From Dehalococcoidia bacterium (GTDB taxonomy: Bacteria; Chloroflexota; Dehalococcoidia; Plut-88900): DNA of 64,000 nucleotides. Positions 1-9,537 of this stretch are shown here, one piece after another. The position numbers and the translations under genes were made by a program. Location: contig CBDBLV010000005.1 in NCBI GenBank assembly GCA_965207225.1, positions 1,760,001-1,824,000 of the forward strand. Direction: 5' to 3'. The number at the start of each line of letters is the position of its first letter. The stretch's first letter is position 1. A model generated the notes under the pieces. That model searched no databases, was not told where the DNA came from, and saw only the letters and a list, made by a program, of their open reading frames with translations.

Positions 1-582
1 TTCTGGCGAGCCGACGTATCCCAGGCCAATGAAGTAGAGGCGATGGTCAATCGAGTGGTTGAGGCCCACGGGCGCCTCGACTATGCCTACAACAACGCCG
101 GCATCGAAGGCCCGACTGGCAGCCTAATCGATTGCTCAGAAGCCGACTTTGACCGCCTGACGGCCATCAACTTCAAGGGCGTCTGGCTCTGCATGATATA
201 CGAATACCCGGCCATGCTGGCGTCGGGAGGCGGTGCCATAGTCAACACTTCCTCGATTAGCGGCCTGAAGGGGAGTGCCAGCCTGGGACCCTACACAGGC
301 ACCAAGTTCGGCGTCGCGGGACTGACAAGATCAGCCGCCCTGGAGTTTGCTGAAAGGGGTGTGCGGGTCAACGCCGTATGCCCCGGCACCATAGATACCC
401 CTATGGTCGAGCGCCTGTGGGGCGCCGACCCCAAGAAGAACCGCCAACTATTAGAGGGGACGCCTCTGCACCGACAGGGAGACCCCTCCGAAGTCGCCGA
501 GGTAGTCGTCTGGCTCTGCTCCGACTCTGCATCCTACGTCAACGGCAACCTCATGAAAGTAGACGGCGGCTATCTGGCCTAA
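1..582 (+). CDS. Short-chain dehydrogenase/reductase (SDR), 5' partial
   Basis: Frame open from base 1; NNAG, YxxxK (YTGTK) and VNAVCPG motifs. Confidence 0.9.
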   Translation, partial: FWRADVSQANEVEAMVNRVVEAHGRLDYAYNNAGIEGPTGSLIDCSEADFDRLTAINFKGVWLCMIYEYPAMLASGGGAIVNTSSISGLKGSASLGPYTGTKFGVAGLTRSAALEFAERGVRVNAVCPGTIDTPMVERLWGADPKKNRQLLEGTPLHRQGDPSEVAEVVVWLCSDSASYVNGNLMKVDGGYLA

Positions 583-705
583 ACACACCCCTTCCTTATC
601 GTCATTCCCGCCTCCGAGCTGGCATCTATTCCTTTCGGGTGAGCCTGCCATGTCTACTGTCGGCCCCGACACACTTGGTCGGTGGAGAGGCAAGACCTGC
701 CTGGC

Positions 706-2118
706 TCACACTACAAGGCTAATCGAGGCCGTCGCAATTCCCAGGTAGAGCAAGAACCCAATAACGTCCGTAAACGTAGTGACCAGCACCGCCGATGCCA
801 CAGCAGGGTCGACCCCAATCCTTCGCATGAACAGTGGCACGCCTGCTCCCACTGTACCCGCGATCGCCATGTTGCCGAGCATCGCCAGCCCCAGCACAAA
901 GCCCAGTCCCGGGTTCTGCTTCCATAGAATCGCGATGACCGCGACCAGAATTCCCAGCCACACTCCGTGCAACAGGCCGAGAATCGCCTCCCTTACCAGG
1001 AGCCGCCTCGCACCCAGCCCGACAAGCTCCCCCAACGCAATTCCCCGTACTATCAGGGTCAGGGTCTGAGTACCGCCAATGCCTCCCTGACCCGCTACCA
1101 CGGGCAGGAATGCAGCCAGCACTACGGCCTGTGCCAGCGTCGATTCGAAGAGCGTAATCGTCGCCGCTGCAATGAACGTTGTTCCCAGGTTGACGGTTAG
1201 CCACGGGAGTCGTGCCCGCACCGACGCTGCAATCGGGCCATCCACCGCTTCCCCTGCTACGTTGGCTACACGTTGCATCTGACGCGTATCATGCTCGACC
1301 GTTGCACTTAACAGGGCCTCCCCCAGGATTACCCCTGCCAGCCTCCCTTCCTCAACAACGGGGAGTTGAGACAAATTATAGTGCTGTTGTAGCCGTGAAC
1401 ACTCTCTGGTGGGAGTGTCCGTTGTCACCGTCGCCACGATTGTCGTGACAAGGCCCTGGACCGGTGTGTCGTTCTCTACCAGTGCCAGGTCTACCATGCT
1501 GATTTGGCCCGCAAGTTTGCCGTCTTCCTCAATGACGAAAGCGTGCGAGAACTTCTGCTTCTCTTCTCCCATGGCCCTGATGCTGTCCCTCAGTTCTCTC
1601 ACCTCGGAAGTGATCGTAACCGCAGGAAACTGTTCGGTCATCAAGGCTCCGGCGGTATCAGGCTCGTGTTCGAGAATCTCTGCGATTACATGGGGTTGCT
1701 CCAGCTCCTTGGCCACCTCTCGGGCCCGTAGGATTGGTAGCCTCTGCAGTGTGTCTAGCGCCTGATGAGGATGGATCTGGCGCAGCACCCCCGACAGCAT
1801 ACGAGACCCCAGCCTGGCCCCGACCCGTCCCGCTTCTACGGGATTCATCTGCCTCAGTATCAAGGCTACGGTCTCGGGCGACATGGTCTGGACCATCGCA
1901 TCCCTGCTGGTACGCGGCAGCCCCGCCACGATGCTCCCAATGTCGGCTGGGTGTAGGTGCCGGATATGGTCCCATGCCGCACGGGCCCTTCCGGCCTTGA
2001 TCAGGTCATGGACCTCGTCGACGATCTCCTCGGCTCGGTCTAGCGATATCGCCCGGGGGCTGACGCTGGACTCCTCCAGGGTGACTGCTTCCTCGCAATT
2101 GCCGTGCGTGTCTTTCAT
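706..2118 (-). CDS. mgtE: Magnesium transporter MgtE
   Basis: MgtE_N helical domain, CBS pair, TM domain with GGIGGTQ and DPAVAS..VTTFTDV; AGGAG RBS before ATG 2118. Confidence 0.9.
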   Translation of the reverse strand: MKDTHGNCEEAVTLEESSVSPRAISLDRAEEIVDEVHDLIKAGRARAAWDHIRHLHPADIGSIVAGLPRTSRDAMVQTMSPETVALILRQMNPVEAGRVGARLGSRMLSGVLRQIHPHQALDTLQRLPILRAREVAKELEQPHVIAEILEHEPDTAGALMTEQFPAVTITSEVRELRDSIRAMGEEKQKFSHAFVIEEDGKLAGQISMVDLALVENDTPVQGLVTTIVATVTTDTPTRECSRLQQHYNLSQLPVVEEGRLAGVILGEALLSATVEHDTRQMQRVANVAGEAVDGPIAASVRARLPWLTVNLGTTFIAAATITLFESTLAQAVVLAAFLPVVAGQGGIGGTQTLTLIVRGIALGELVGLGARRLLVREAILGLLHGVWLGILVAVIAILWKQNPGLGFVLGLAMLGNMAIAGTVGAGVPLFMRRIGVDPAVASAVLVTTFTDVIGFLLYLGIATASISLVV

Positions 2119-2235
2119 GTGTCGCAACTCCTGGCTTCAAACCAACGTATTCGCATAAGGAAACCGCGAGAACATGGCCAGCGCCACTCGGCAGTTGTTA
2201 AGAGCGAAAGACGTTCTCTCGGTACGGTTAGCCCG

Positions 2236-2748
2236 TCAGATGTCCAGTGTCTTCTCGTAGAAAAAGCTCAACGGATCATCCCTGTAGTCCCCGAAGGGCG
2301 GAATTTTGTAGTACCCGGTCCGCTCGTAGAGTCCCAGGGCCTCAGGCTGCGAAACCCCCACCTCCAGCCGCACCTTCGAATACCCCCTAGCCGCGGCAAC
2401 GCCCTCTAGGTGCTCCAGCATCTTCTTCGCATACCCCCGACCCCTGAACCCCGGCCGCACGTACATCCGCTTGATCTCCCCGTAGCTATCCCCGTCCCCC
2501 GACGGCTCCCCGAAAAGCTGCACCCCACCACACCCCGCCGCCGCCCCATCCTCGTACAGCACGAAGAACTCGACGCCCTGCTCTACCAGCTTCTCGACGT
2601 CATACCCATGCTGGCTCTCCGCCGGGTAGAGTGGGTCCAGGTATGCGTACAACTCCGCGATCAGGGCTCGCGCCGTGTCGGTGCCCGGGTGCTCCCCGCA
2701 AATGGCAAACGTGCCACCGGAATCCGTATCGCGAACTGTACATGACAT
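2236..2748 (-). CDS. GNAT family N-acetyltransferase
   Basis: EIKRMYV..FRGRGYA acetyl-CoA motif, LYERTGY. Confidence 0.9.
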   Translation of the reverse strand: MSCTVRDTDSGGTFAICGEHPGTDTARALIAELYAYLDPLYPAESQHGYDVEKLVEQGVEFFVLYEDGAAAGCGGVQLFGEPSGDGDSYGEIKRMYVRPGFRGRGYAKKMLEHLEGVAAARGYSKVRLEVGVSQPEALGLYERTGYYKIPPFGDYRDDPLSFFYEKTLDI

Positions 2749-2759
2749 GCCTTGTCAGC

Positions 2760-3380
2760 TTAGAGAAACGACAAATCTTGTCGGCAATACTGCACTTCGG
2801 GAAAACGGGGCACGCCTGGCAACAGGTTGTCACCGTTGACGAACTTGACGAATAGATCGGGCTGCTGCCTCCGGGACTTGTAGACCCGGTCAACGTCCTG
2901 GTATCGCCGGTCCTCTTCCCTGGGAAAATACAGCTCCGTGGTCAGGACCCCATTGTCGATATTCCGCAACTTGACGTGAATGTGCGCTGCGCGGTCAGTC
3001 CCAAACACGTGATACCACCGCGGGATGACTGTGCGAAACCAGTAGACGCCGTCCTCACCGGTTTCAACTGCTGCGAAATACCGGAAGTTCTCGTCCAGAT
3101 CGTCAGGGGTGATCTTCCAATGGTCGTCCAGCGCATCACTGCCTCGCGCCCTGGGGTGATCGTAGTAGCCTCTGCTATCCGCTTGCCAGATTTCCACCAG
3201 TGCCGAATGGACCGGGTCCCCGCGAAAGTCTGAGACGACACCCATCAACACAACTTGCTGACCAGACGCGTTTCCTCCGTTGGTCAGATCATGCCTTCGC
3301 GGTATCTCTCCGGGCGGATAAAAGGGTCCGTCCTCCGTGGGTGGTGTGACAAATGTTGGTCGTGCTGCTGCTTCTGCCAT
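2760..3380 (-). CDS. Intradiol ring-cleavage dioxygenase family protein
   Basis: GPFY, EIWQAD..GYY, FRTVIPRWY, RAAHIH (Tyr/Tyr/His/His Fe ligands). Confidence 0.85.
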   Translation of the reverse strand: MAEAAARPTFVTPPTEDGPFYPPGEIPRRHDLTNGGNASGQQVVLMGVVSDFRGDPVHSALVEIWQADSRGYYDHPRARGSDALDDHWKITPDDLDENFRYFAAVETGEDGVYWFRTVIPRWYHVFGTDRAAHIHVKLRNIDNGVLTTELYFPREEDRRYQDVDRVYKSRRQQPDLFVKFVNGDNLLPGVPRFPEVQYCRQDLSFL

Positions 3381-3439
3381 TGATCAAGAGCCTCCGAACC
3401 TGAAACTGGACCGCAATGATTGGGCGCGGAATCAGGAGC

Positions 3440-5407
3440 TTACACCCCCCTCCCCGCCCGAGTCCCCTCCAGAATGGCGTCGTGGATCCGGCGCGGCGCC
3501 CTCGCATCTCCCACCACCCGCACGTCGGCAACTTTGCCCTTCAACGACTTGTAGAGACCATCCTGCGCCTCACGCAGGCCCGCATGGACGATGGTCGTGA
3601 CCCCGTCCACCGTGCGCTCCTCATCGTTGTAGATGTTTCGCAGGACCACCTGCTCCTCCCGGATCTCCTTCACTTCCGTGTGCGGCGTCAGTGTGACGCC
3701 GTTGGTGAACATGCGCTGGTAGACCAGCGGCTTCGTGCTGATATCTATGTCCTCCCCAATGGTGAACAGGTCCGACACCACTTCCACGCTGCTTCCCTTC
3801 AGGGCCAACTGCTCTGCCACTGCCGGCCCCTTGTGATGGCCGTCCTGGTCGATCACCAGCACCTTCTCGCCCCAGTCCACCTCCCGGGTCAGGGCCTCTT
3901 CCGTTGTCACCACGGGCCCCGACTCCGCTCCCGGTATGTCCGGTGGTAGCTGCTCCGACCCCGTGGCTATGATCACCGCATCCGGCGACTCCGCAAGGAC
4001 GATGTTGGCGTTGGCCTCTGTCCCGAGCCGGATATCGACTCCCAGCTTGCGCGCCTGCTCCTCCAGCCAGATAGTTATCGCACCGAAGTCCTCCCGCCCC
4101 GACGCCTTCGTATATGGCGTTATCTGCCCGCCCAGCACCGCCCTCTTTTCAAACAAAACGACATCGTGGCCCCGCTCGGCAGAGACCCGGGCCGCCTCCA
4201 GCCCCCCGGGCCCTCCCCCGACCACCACAACCTTCTTCTTACTTTCGGCGGGCTTAACGATTGCCAACTCGGCTTCCCGACTTATAACCGGGTTGTGTAT
4301 GCACGTCACGGGCTTCCCGTGGAACAGCCGCCCGATGCAGCCCTGGTTGCTCCCGATGCAGGGCCGTATATCCTCAACCCTGCCCTCTCTGGCTTTATTG
4401 GCGAGATGTGGGTCGGCGATCATGGCCCGCGTCATTGCCACCAGGTCGGCCTTCCCCTCGGATACGATCCATTCTCCCTGCATGGGATCTGTGATTCGAC
4501 CTGCAATCAGGATGGCGAGACTGCTGTTCCGCTTCACCTCGGCCGCATAGTCCACCCACAGCCCCGTCTTGAACCACATCGCCGGGACGGCCTCCGACTG
4601 GCCCATCATGTACTCCGGCGTTGCCCCCGTGATGCTCAGGTAATCGACCTGCCCCGTGGCCTCGAGAATTTCGAAGATCTTCAACTGGTCAGCCCGACTC
4701 AACCCGCCCTTGGTACGCTCGTCCTCGCCCCCTACCCGGATCCCGACCACGAAGTCCTCTCCAACCTGCTCCCTAGCCGCTTCAATGACCTCTAATGCGA
4801 AGCGCATCCGGTTTTCCAGCGAGCCGCCGTAGGCGTCGGTGCGCCTGTTGGAGAAAGGAGACAGGAACTGCTCCGGCAGGTGCCCCGACCCGATCATGAT
4901 CTCCACCCCGTCAAAGCCGCCCGCCTTCAGCCGACCCGCGGCCTTACCATATCCCTCTACCACATCCTTTATCTCTTCGATCTCCATGGCGTGGGGAGTT
5001 TCACGGTGCACCCGCTCCGGCAGACCCGACGGCGCGAACAACGGGTGCCACGAGATGTCCGATGTCCCTCTCCGACCCCTGTGCGTAATCTGCGAAAAAA
5101 TCTTCGCTCCATGCTGGTGCACCGCCGCCGAGGCGTCCTTCAAATAGGGAATCACCTTGTCCTCGAACAGCTCCACCCCGCCCCAGTCCACCGCCGGCGA
5201 TGAGTGGTGCACGGACGCTGAGCCATAGCAGATGATCAACCCCGCCCCGCCCCGTGCCTTTTCGGCCTGGTAGGCGTTTATCTTGGGGCCGGGCATCCCG
5301 TTGTCGGCCAGGACGGTCGCGTGCGCCGTGCTCACGATGCGGTTCCGAATCGTTACGTTTCGCATCGTCAAAGGGCTGAACAGGTTGGGGAACTGGGTGC
5401 TTGCCAT
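3440..5407 (-). CDS. OYE/FadH-like NADH:flavin oxidoreductase with Fe-S and FAD domains
   Basis: TIM-barrel FMN domain (NRRTDAYGGSLENR), C-x-x-x-x-x-x-C..C cluster, GGGPGG Rossmann motif. Confidence 0.9.
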   Translation of the reverse strand: MASTQFPNLFSPLTMRNVTIRNRIVSTAHATVLADNGMPGPKINAYQAEKARGGAGLIICYGSASVHHSSPAVDWGGVELFEDKVIPYLKDASAAVHQHGAKIFSQITHRGRRGTSDISWHPLFAPSGLPERVHRETPHAMEIEEIKDVVEGYGKAAGRLKAGGFDGVEIMIGSGHLPEQFLSPFSNRRTDAYGGSLENRMRFALEVIEAAREQVGEDFVVGIRVGGEDERTKGGLSRADQLKIFEILEATGQVDYLSITGATPEYMMGQSEAVPAMWFKTGLWVDYAAEVKRNSSLAILIAGRITDPMQGEWIVSEGKADLVAMTRAMIADPHLANKAREGRVEDIRPCIGSNQGCIGRLFHGKPVTCIHNPVISREAELAIVKPAESKKKVVVVGGGPGGLEAARVSAERGHDVVLFEKRAVLGGQITPYTKASGREDFGAITIWLEEQARKLGVDIRLGTEANANIVLAESPDAVIIATGSEQLPPDIPGAESGPVVTTEEALTREVDWGEKVLVIDQDGHHKGPAVAEQLALKGSSVEVVSDLFTIGEDIDISTKPLVYQRMFTNGVTLTPHTEVKEIREEQVVLRNIYNDEERTVDGVTTIVHAGLREAQDGLYKSLKGKVADVRVVGDARAPRRIHDAILEGTRAGRGV

Positions 5408-5441
5408 TTCTAGTTTTCCTCTGATTACGCCTGTCGGATTT

Positions 5442-6317
5442 CTATACCAGGGCCACGGGGTTCCATGGCGTCCCCGACGCCTCCGTCAACGGCAGCGGCG
5501 CCCCGACAAACATGAACTCGTACACCTGGTCCCGGGCAATCTCCTCCAGGTTCATGTTCTCCAGCAGGTATACGCCCAGGTCTCGCAATGCGTAGCGATG
5601 GAGCAGGCTGTACCCCTCTCCCCCGTCCGGGCTGGTCACTTCAACCGTCGGCTGGTCCGCCCCGATTGCACAGACGTCCCTCTCTTTCAGCCACGGGGCC
5701 AGGGAGCCGTCCGGCCCCGGCACCCCTGATCGCCACAGGTCGTAGTCCTTGTAGAAGACCGTGTGCCACCCCGTGCGGAACAATAACACGTCTCCCGGCC
5801 GGATCTCGACCCCCTGCGACGCCGCCACCGCATCCAACTCCTCTCCCGTCACTACCTCCGCGGCGTCCATGTGCTCTATCCCTCGATACCTGGGGATGTC
5901 CAGCATTACCCCCCGCCCGACTATCGCCTTCACCTGGTCGATCCCTATCTTCCGCACCCCCGACTTGAAGACCTGCTCCTCCGAGTAGCCGTTGTAGAAC
6001 TGCCCCTCCGCCCACGAGTGGCCCAGGGAGTCGATATGCGTCCCCGAATGCGTGTCAATGGTCAGCACGTCCTCGGTGAAGTTGACGTTGGGCGTAGGCG
6101 TGGAGAAGGTGACCTTCCACGTCTTGTGAAAGGGAGCGTGCTGGTGTCCGTTCCGCTCCAGGGGCACGGCAAGGCTGTACACCTTGCCCTTTTTGATGAG
6201 CCCCGCGGCCTTGAGAATGACTTCGGGGGTGATCAGGTTCAGGGTCCCGAGCTGGTCCTCGGCTCCCCACCGACCCCAATTGGAAACTGCTGCTTGCGTC
6301 ACAGGATTACCCTCCAT
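5442..6317 (-). CDS. Cyclase family (kynurenine formamidase-like) metal hydrolase
   Basis: NWGRWG, HSGTHIDSLGH, FRTGW, LLEN motifs. Confidence 0.9.
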   Translation of the reverse strand: MEGNPVTQAAVSNWGRWGAEDQLGTLNLITPEVILKAAGLIKKGKVYSLAVPLERNGHQHAPFHKTWKVTFSTPTPNVNFTEDVLTIDTHSGTHIDSLGHSWAEGQFYNGYSEEQVFKSGVRKIGIDQVKAIVGRGVMLDIPRYRGIEHMDAAEVVTGEELDAVAASQGVEIRPGDVLLFRTGWHTVFYKDYDLWRSGVPGPDGSLAPWLKERDVCAIGADQPTVEVTSPDGGEGYSLLHRYALRDLGVYLLENMNLEEIARDQVYEFMFVGAPLPLTEASGTPWNPVALV

Positions 6318-6384
6318 TGCTGTTCAGCGGCGGCTTTGGCGCTCATTTTACCATCGCCCGTCCCCCGACTAAGGAAAACAGCCC

Positions 6385-6957
6385 CTATCCCAGAGACCCA
6401 CCCAGGTTGGCCTTCAATGTCATGTGGGTAATCGGTAGCAAGACTACAGCCATCACATGGAATATCTTGCGCCTGCTCAGGTAGAAGGTCATGTCCGAAA
6501 ACGCCCGGAGCAGGAAAGATATAAACGTGTAGGCGAAAAACCAGATGAATAGGGTGTGGGGTACCGACCAAAACCCGTGATAAGTCTCCGACGCCAAGAT
6601 GCTGAATGCCGCCGTGGCCCCCGCCGCGACACCCGCAAGCACCCCGCTCCCGACCGCCACCCTCAGCCCCCACTCCGACGGCATCTCCAGCGAAGCCGAC
6701 CTGTAGTACGCTGCAATAAGCGCCCCGCACAACGGCAGCAACACCATGTCCCCGACTATGAAGACCGGCCTCCGCAAGAAGTCACTTTCAACGACATCCA
6801 GCCGCCACGCCATCAGCAGCAGAGTCCCCCACCCGAGCACAATGAATATGAGCGCCACTAGGATCGGGTGCAGGCTGATCAACCGGCCCAGCGGATCGCC
6901 CGTCAGCAGGACTCTGTATCTAGTTCGGGTCTCGTTGCGGGTATATCCGCTGGTCAT
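6385..6957 (-). CDS. Hypothetical membrane protein (~5 TM)
   Basis: Multiple hydrophobic helices; co-oriented and closely spaced within the operon. Confidence 0.6.
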   Translation of the reverse strand: MTSGYTRNETRTRYRVLLTGDPLGRLISLHPILVALIFIVLGWGTLLLMAWRLDVVESDFLRRPVFIVGDMVLLPLCGALIAAYYRSASLEMPSEWGLRVAVGSGVLAGVAAGATAAFSILASETYHGFWSVPHTLFIWFFAYTFISFLLRAFSDMTFYLSRRKIFHVMAVVLLPITHMTLKANLGGSLG

Positions 6958-6967
6958 GGTCCTGGGC

Positions 6968-8263
6968 TTAGACCACGGCCTTGATCATGTCCATGTCCTG
7001 CTCTTCGAAGCGGCTGTGGCGTAGGGCGTGGATGTCCACCGACGATTCTCCGTACACAATGAGCTCCGCGGTCACCTTCCCTGCCACCGGCCCGATCCCT
7101 ATCCCCCGGCCGCTGAATCCCGTGCAGAAGTAGAACCCCTTGGGAGACTTCGCCTCTCCAATGACGGGCAAGGCATCGGGCGTCGCATCTATCCGCCCCG
7201 ACCAGTAGCGCTCAATCCGCAGACCCTGCTGCTCCGGAAACAGCGACTTGAAAGTACCCAGCGCCCGGTCTATGACCTTCCTGTTGGGCTCCGGCGCATT
7301 CCCCACCGTGTGTGCAAACGGGTGCCGACGCGCCGGCGAGCCTGGCAGGCTCCTCAGGATGTCCATGACCAAGGTGCGCCCGACATGCACCTTGAACATC
7401 TCCCGGTTCCGGCGGAAGTTGGGCATGAACAGCCGGATGTGCTTGAAACTGTCCAGGTCGACGTCGTAGTCCGTGCCTCCCGGCCCGGGTGCGATGTAGA
7501 ACTCCCCCGTCGGCCTCTGCCTGAATGCTATCCGGGGCCCGATTACCGCCATGTCCGTCACGTGACCCGTCGGGTTCGTCTGCCCGACACTCGCCCGCAC
7601 CATCCGGTACGGCAGCGTCAGCCCGACCATCTTCGCCACCTTGTGAGACCACGCCCCCGCCGCACACACTACGTTCTCCGTCACAATCCGGCCCTTGTCC
7701 GTAACTACAGCGGACACCCGGCCTTCCTTCACCTCTATCTTCTCCACCGCCTCCCCTGTCAGAAACAGAACTCCGTTCTCTCGTGCCCCGATGGATATGG
7801 CGTTGGTAGCCTTGTCGGGCTGGGCGTGGCCGTCGCTCGGCGTGTACATCGCCCCCAGCCATTCGCCCCGCATCGACGGAACAAGCTCTTTCACGTCCTC
7901 GTTGGTCAGGAACCGGGTCTCGATCCCGAACTGCTCTCCAACCTTCAGCCAGGCCTTGATCCTGCCTAGGATCTCCTCGTCCCCGGCCAGGGTCAGCGAC
8001 CCTCCCTGGTTCCACTCCACGTCCGCGCCCAGGTCCCGCTCCATCTCCTGCCACACGATAGCCCCCGCCATCATCAGGGGAAGCTCGCGGGCCGTACGTG
8101 CCTGCTGCCTCACGAACCCCCACGCCCGGCTCGACTGCTCGTCCCCTACCTCTCCCTTCTCCACCACCACAACGTTCAGCCCCTTCTTTGACAGGTAGTA
8201 CGCAGTGGCACAGCCGGCTATACCGGCCCCTATCACCACGGCATCAGCGTTGCGCGAATTCAT
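6968..8263 (-). CDS. FAD-dependent oxidoreductase, D-amino acid oxidase/DadA family
   Basis: GAGIAG, EQSSRAWGFVRQQ, TPDALPVIG, GFSGRG. Confidence 0.9.
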   Translation of the reverse strand: MNSRNADAVVIGAGIAGCATAYYLSKKGLNVVVVEKGEVGDEQSSRAWGFVRQQARTARELPLMMAGAIVWQEMERDLGADVEWNQGGSLTLAGDEEILGRIKAWLKVGEQFGIETRFLTNEDVKELVPSMRGEWLGAMYTPSDGHAQPDKATNAISIGARENGVLFLTGEAVEKIEVKEGRVSAVVTDKGRIVTENVVCAAGAWSHKVAKMVGLTLPYRMVRASVGQTNPTGHVTDMAVIGPRIAFRQRPTGEFYIAPGPGGTDYDVDLDSFKHIRLFMPNFRRNREMFKVHVGRTLVMDILRSLPGSPARRHPFAHTVGNAPEPNRKVIDRALGTFKSLFPEQQGLRIERYWSGRIDATPDALPVIGEAKSPKGFYFCTGFSGRGIGIGPVAGKVTAELIVYGESSVDIHALRHSRFEEQDMDMIKAVV

Positions 8264-8294
8264 AGGCCTTTTCGTAGCTCCCTATTCTGCAAAT

Positions 8295-8505
8295 GTCATT
8301 CCGATGCCCCAGAAGACCGAAGATGCGCCTCTGTGGTGAATCTGGGGCGGGGCTGCTGTCCCTGGTGCGGGGCCGCTCACCCTGAGCAGCGTCGAAGGGT
8401 CGGGCGGAAGGGTGGCCCGTACACTGCCAACCCGTCACGCCTGCTGCCACCACCAGACCCGACTCCCCTGTCATCCCGATGCCCCGCGAGGGATCTGGGG
8501 TGGGG
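8295..8505 (+). repeat. REP-like palindrome cluster (GTCATYCCGATGCCCC...GAATCTGGGG x2 plus CCGCTCACCCTGAG..TCGAAGGG unit)
   Basis: Same units recur at 56763-56798(-), 56856-56880(-) and 45600-45632(+). Confidence 0.75.
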
Positions 8506-8526
8506 TCCCTATCCGGCATGCCCGAA

Positions 8527-9405
8527 TTACTCCCTTGGCTTCGACCGTGGCCCGAACGGTTCCGGAATAAATGGGCCGTCCCGCAGCTTCAGGAAAGCCC
8601 TCAGGCCACCCTCGCGCTGTGCCTCGTCCAATGGCTTGAAGAAGTCCTTGCTCCGTGACAGGTGGGCCAGTGCCTTCATCTCGTCATTCAGCAGCAGGGC
8701 GTTGCGCAGGCCCATCATGTTCAGCCCCTTGGTCGCCACCTGTAGGTTGATCTTCACGGTCTCGGGCGCGTTCATCGCTATCCGTTCGACAATGTCGAAG
8801 CAGCGGTCTATGAGATCCTCGTGGGGCACGACCTCGTTGATAAGCCCGATTCGAAGGGCTTCGTGGGCATCTATGTGGTCGCCGGTAAGCGCGTACCGCA
8901 GGGCATGTTTGTAGCCCGCATTGAGGACCCAGAAGAAGTTGGTGTCGTCGCCCATCCGCACCTCGGGCTGGCCGAATACAGCCTGGTCGGAGGCGAAGGT
9001 CATGTGACAGGCCAGCGCGTACCAGGAGGCCCCTGCCAGGCACCAGCCGTTAACCGCGGCGATAACGGGCGTTCCCATATCCCAGATCTGCAGCAGGTTG
9101 GCCTGCTCTCCCTTGTCATGGTTCCGCTGAAACTCGATCTGTTCGGCGATGTTGGCGCCCTCCGGCAGCCCCGAGGGCCATTCCATCGGCCGACCCGCCC
9201 TGATGTCGTACCCCGACGAAAACGCCCGACCCGCCCCCGTAATCACAACTGCCCGAATCTCGGGGTCTGCATCAGCCGCATATAGGGCATGACTTAGCTC
9301 GTCCGCCACCTCCTGTGATATGGCATTGAGGGTCTCGGGGCGGTTCAGCGTGATAAGCACACCCCTGCGCTGCTTTTCATAAAGGATGGTGTTGTACTCG
9401 GTCAT
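8527..9405 (-). CDS. Enoyl-CoA hydratase/isomerase family protein
   Basis: ITLNRPETLNA, AFSSGYDI, AVNG, FGQPEV; AAGGAG RBS before ATG 9405. Confidence 0.9.
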   Translation of the reverse strand: MTEYNTILYEKQRRGVLITLNRPETLNAISQEVADELSHALYAADADPEIRAVVITGAGRAFSSGYDIRAGRPMEWPSGLPEGANIAEQIEFQRNHDKGEQANLLQIWDMGTPVIAAVNGWCLAGASWYALACHMTFASDQAVFGQPEVRMGDDTNFFWVLNAGYKHALRYALTGDHIDAHEALRIGLINEVVPHEDLIDRCFDIVERIAMNAPETVKINLQVATKGLNMMGLRNALLLNDEMKALAHLSRSKDFFKPLDEAQREGGLRAFLKLRDGPFIPEPFGPRSKPRE

Positions 9406-9537
9406 GGTCAGCTCCTTGTCGGTGGTCTGATGGCTAATGGTGTCGCAAATGCTTGGGTGTTGCAAGGGGTGATGCATTTGCAAGGACGTGAGGGATATCC
9501 TCTGCCCCATACCGCTGAACTCGGCGGGGTGGGGCGG

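Noticed and set aside
2128-2235. M-box (ykoK) riboswitch upstream of mgtE
   Set aside because: The intergenic space is too short and no recognisable consensus is present
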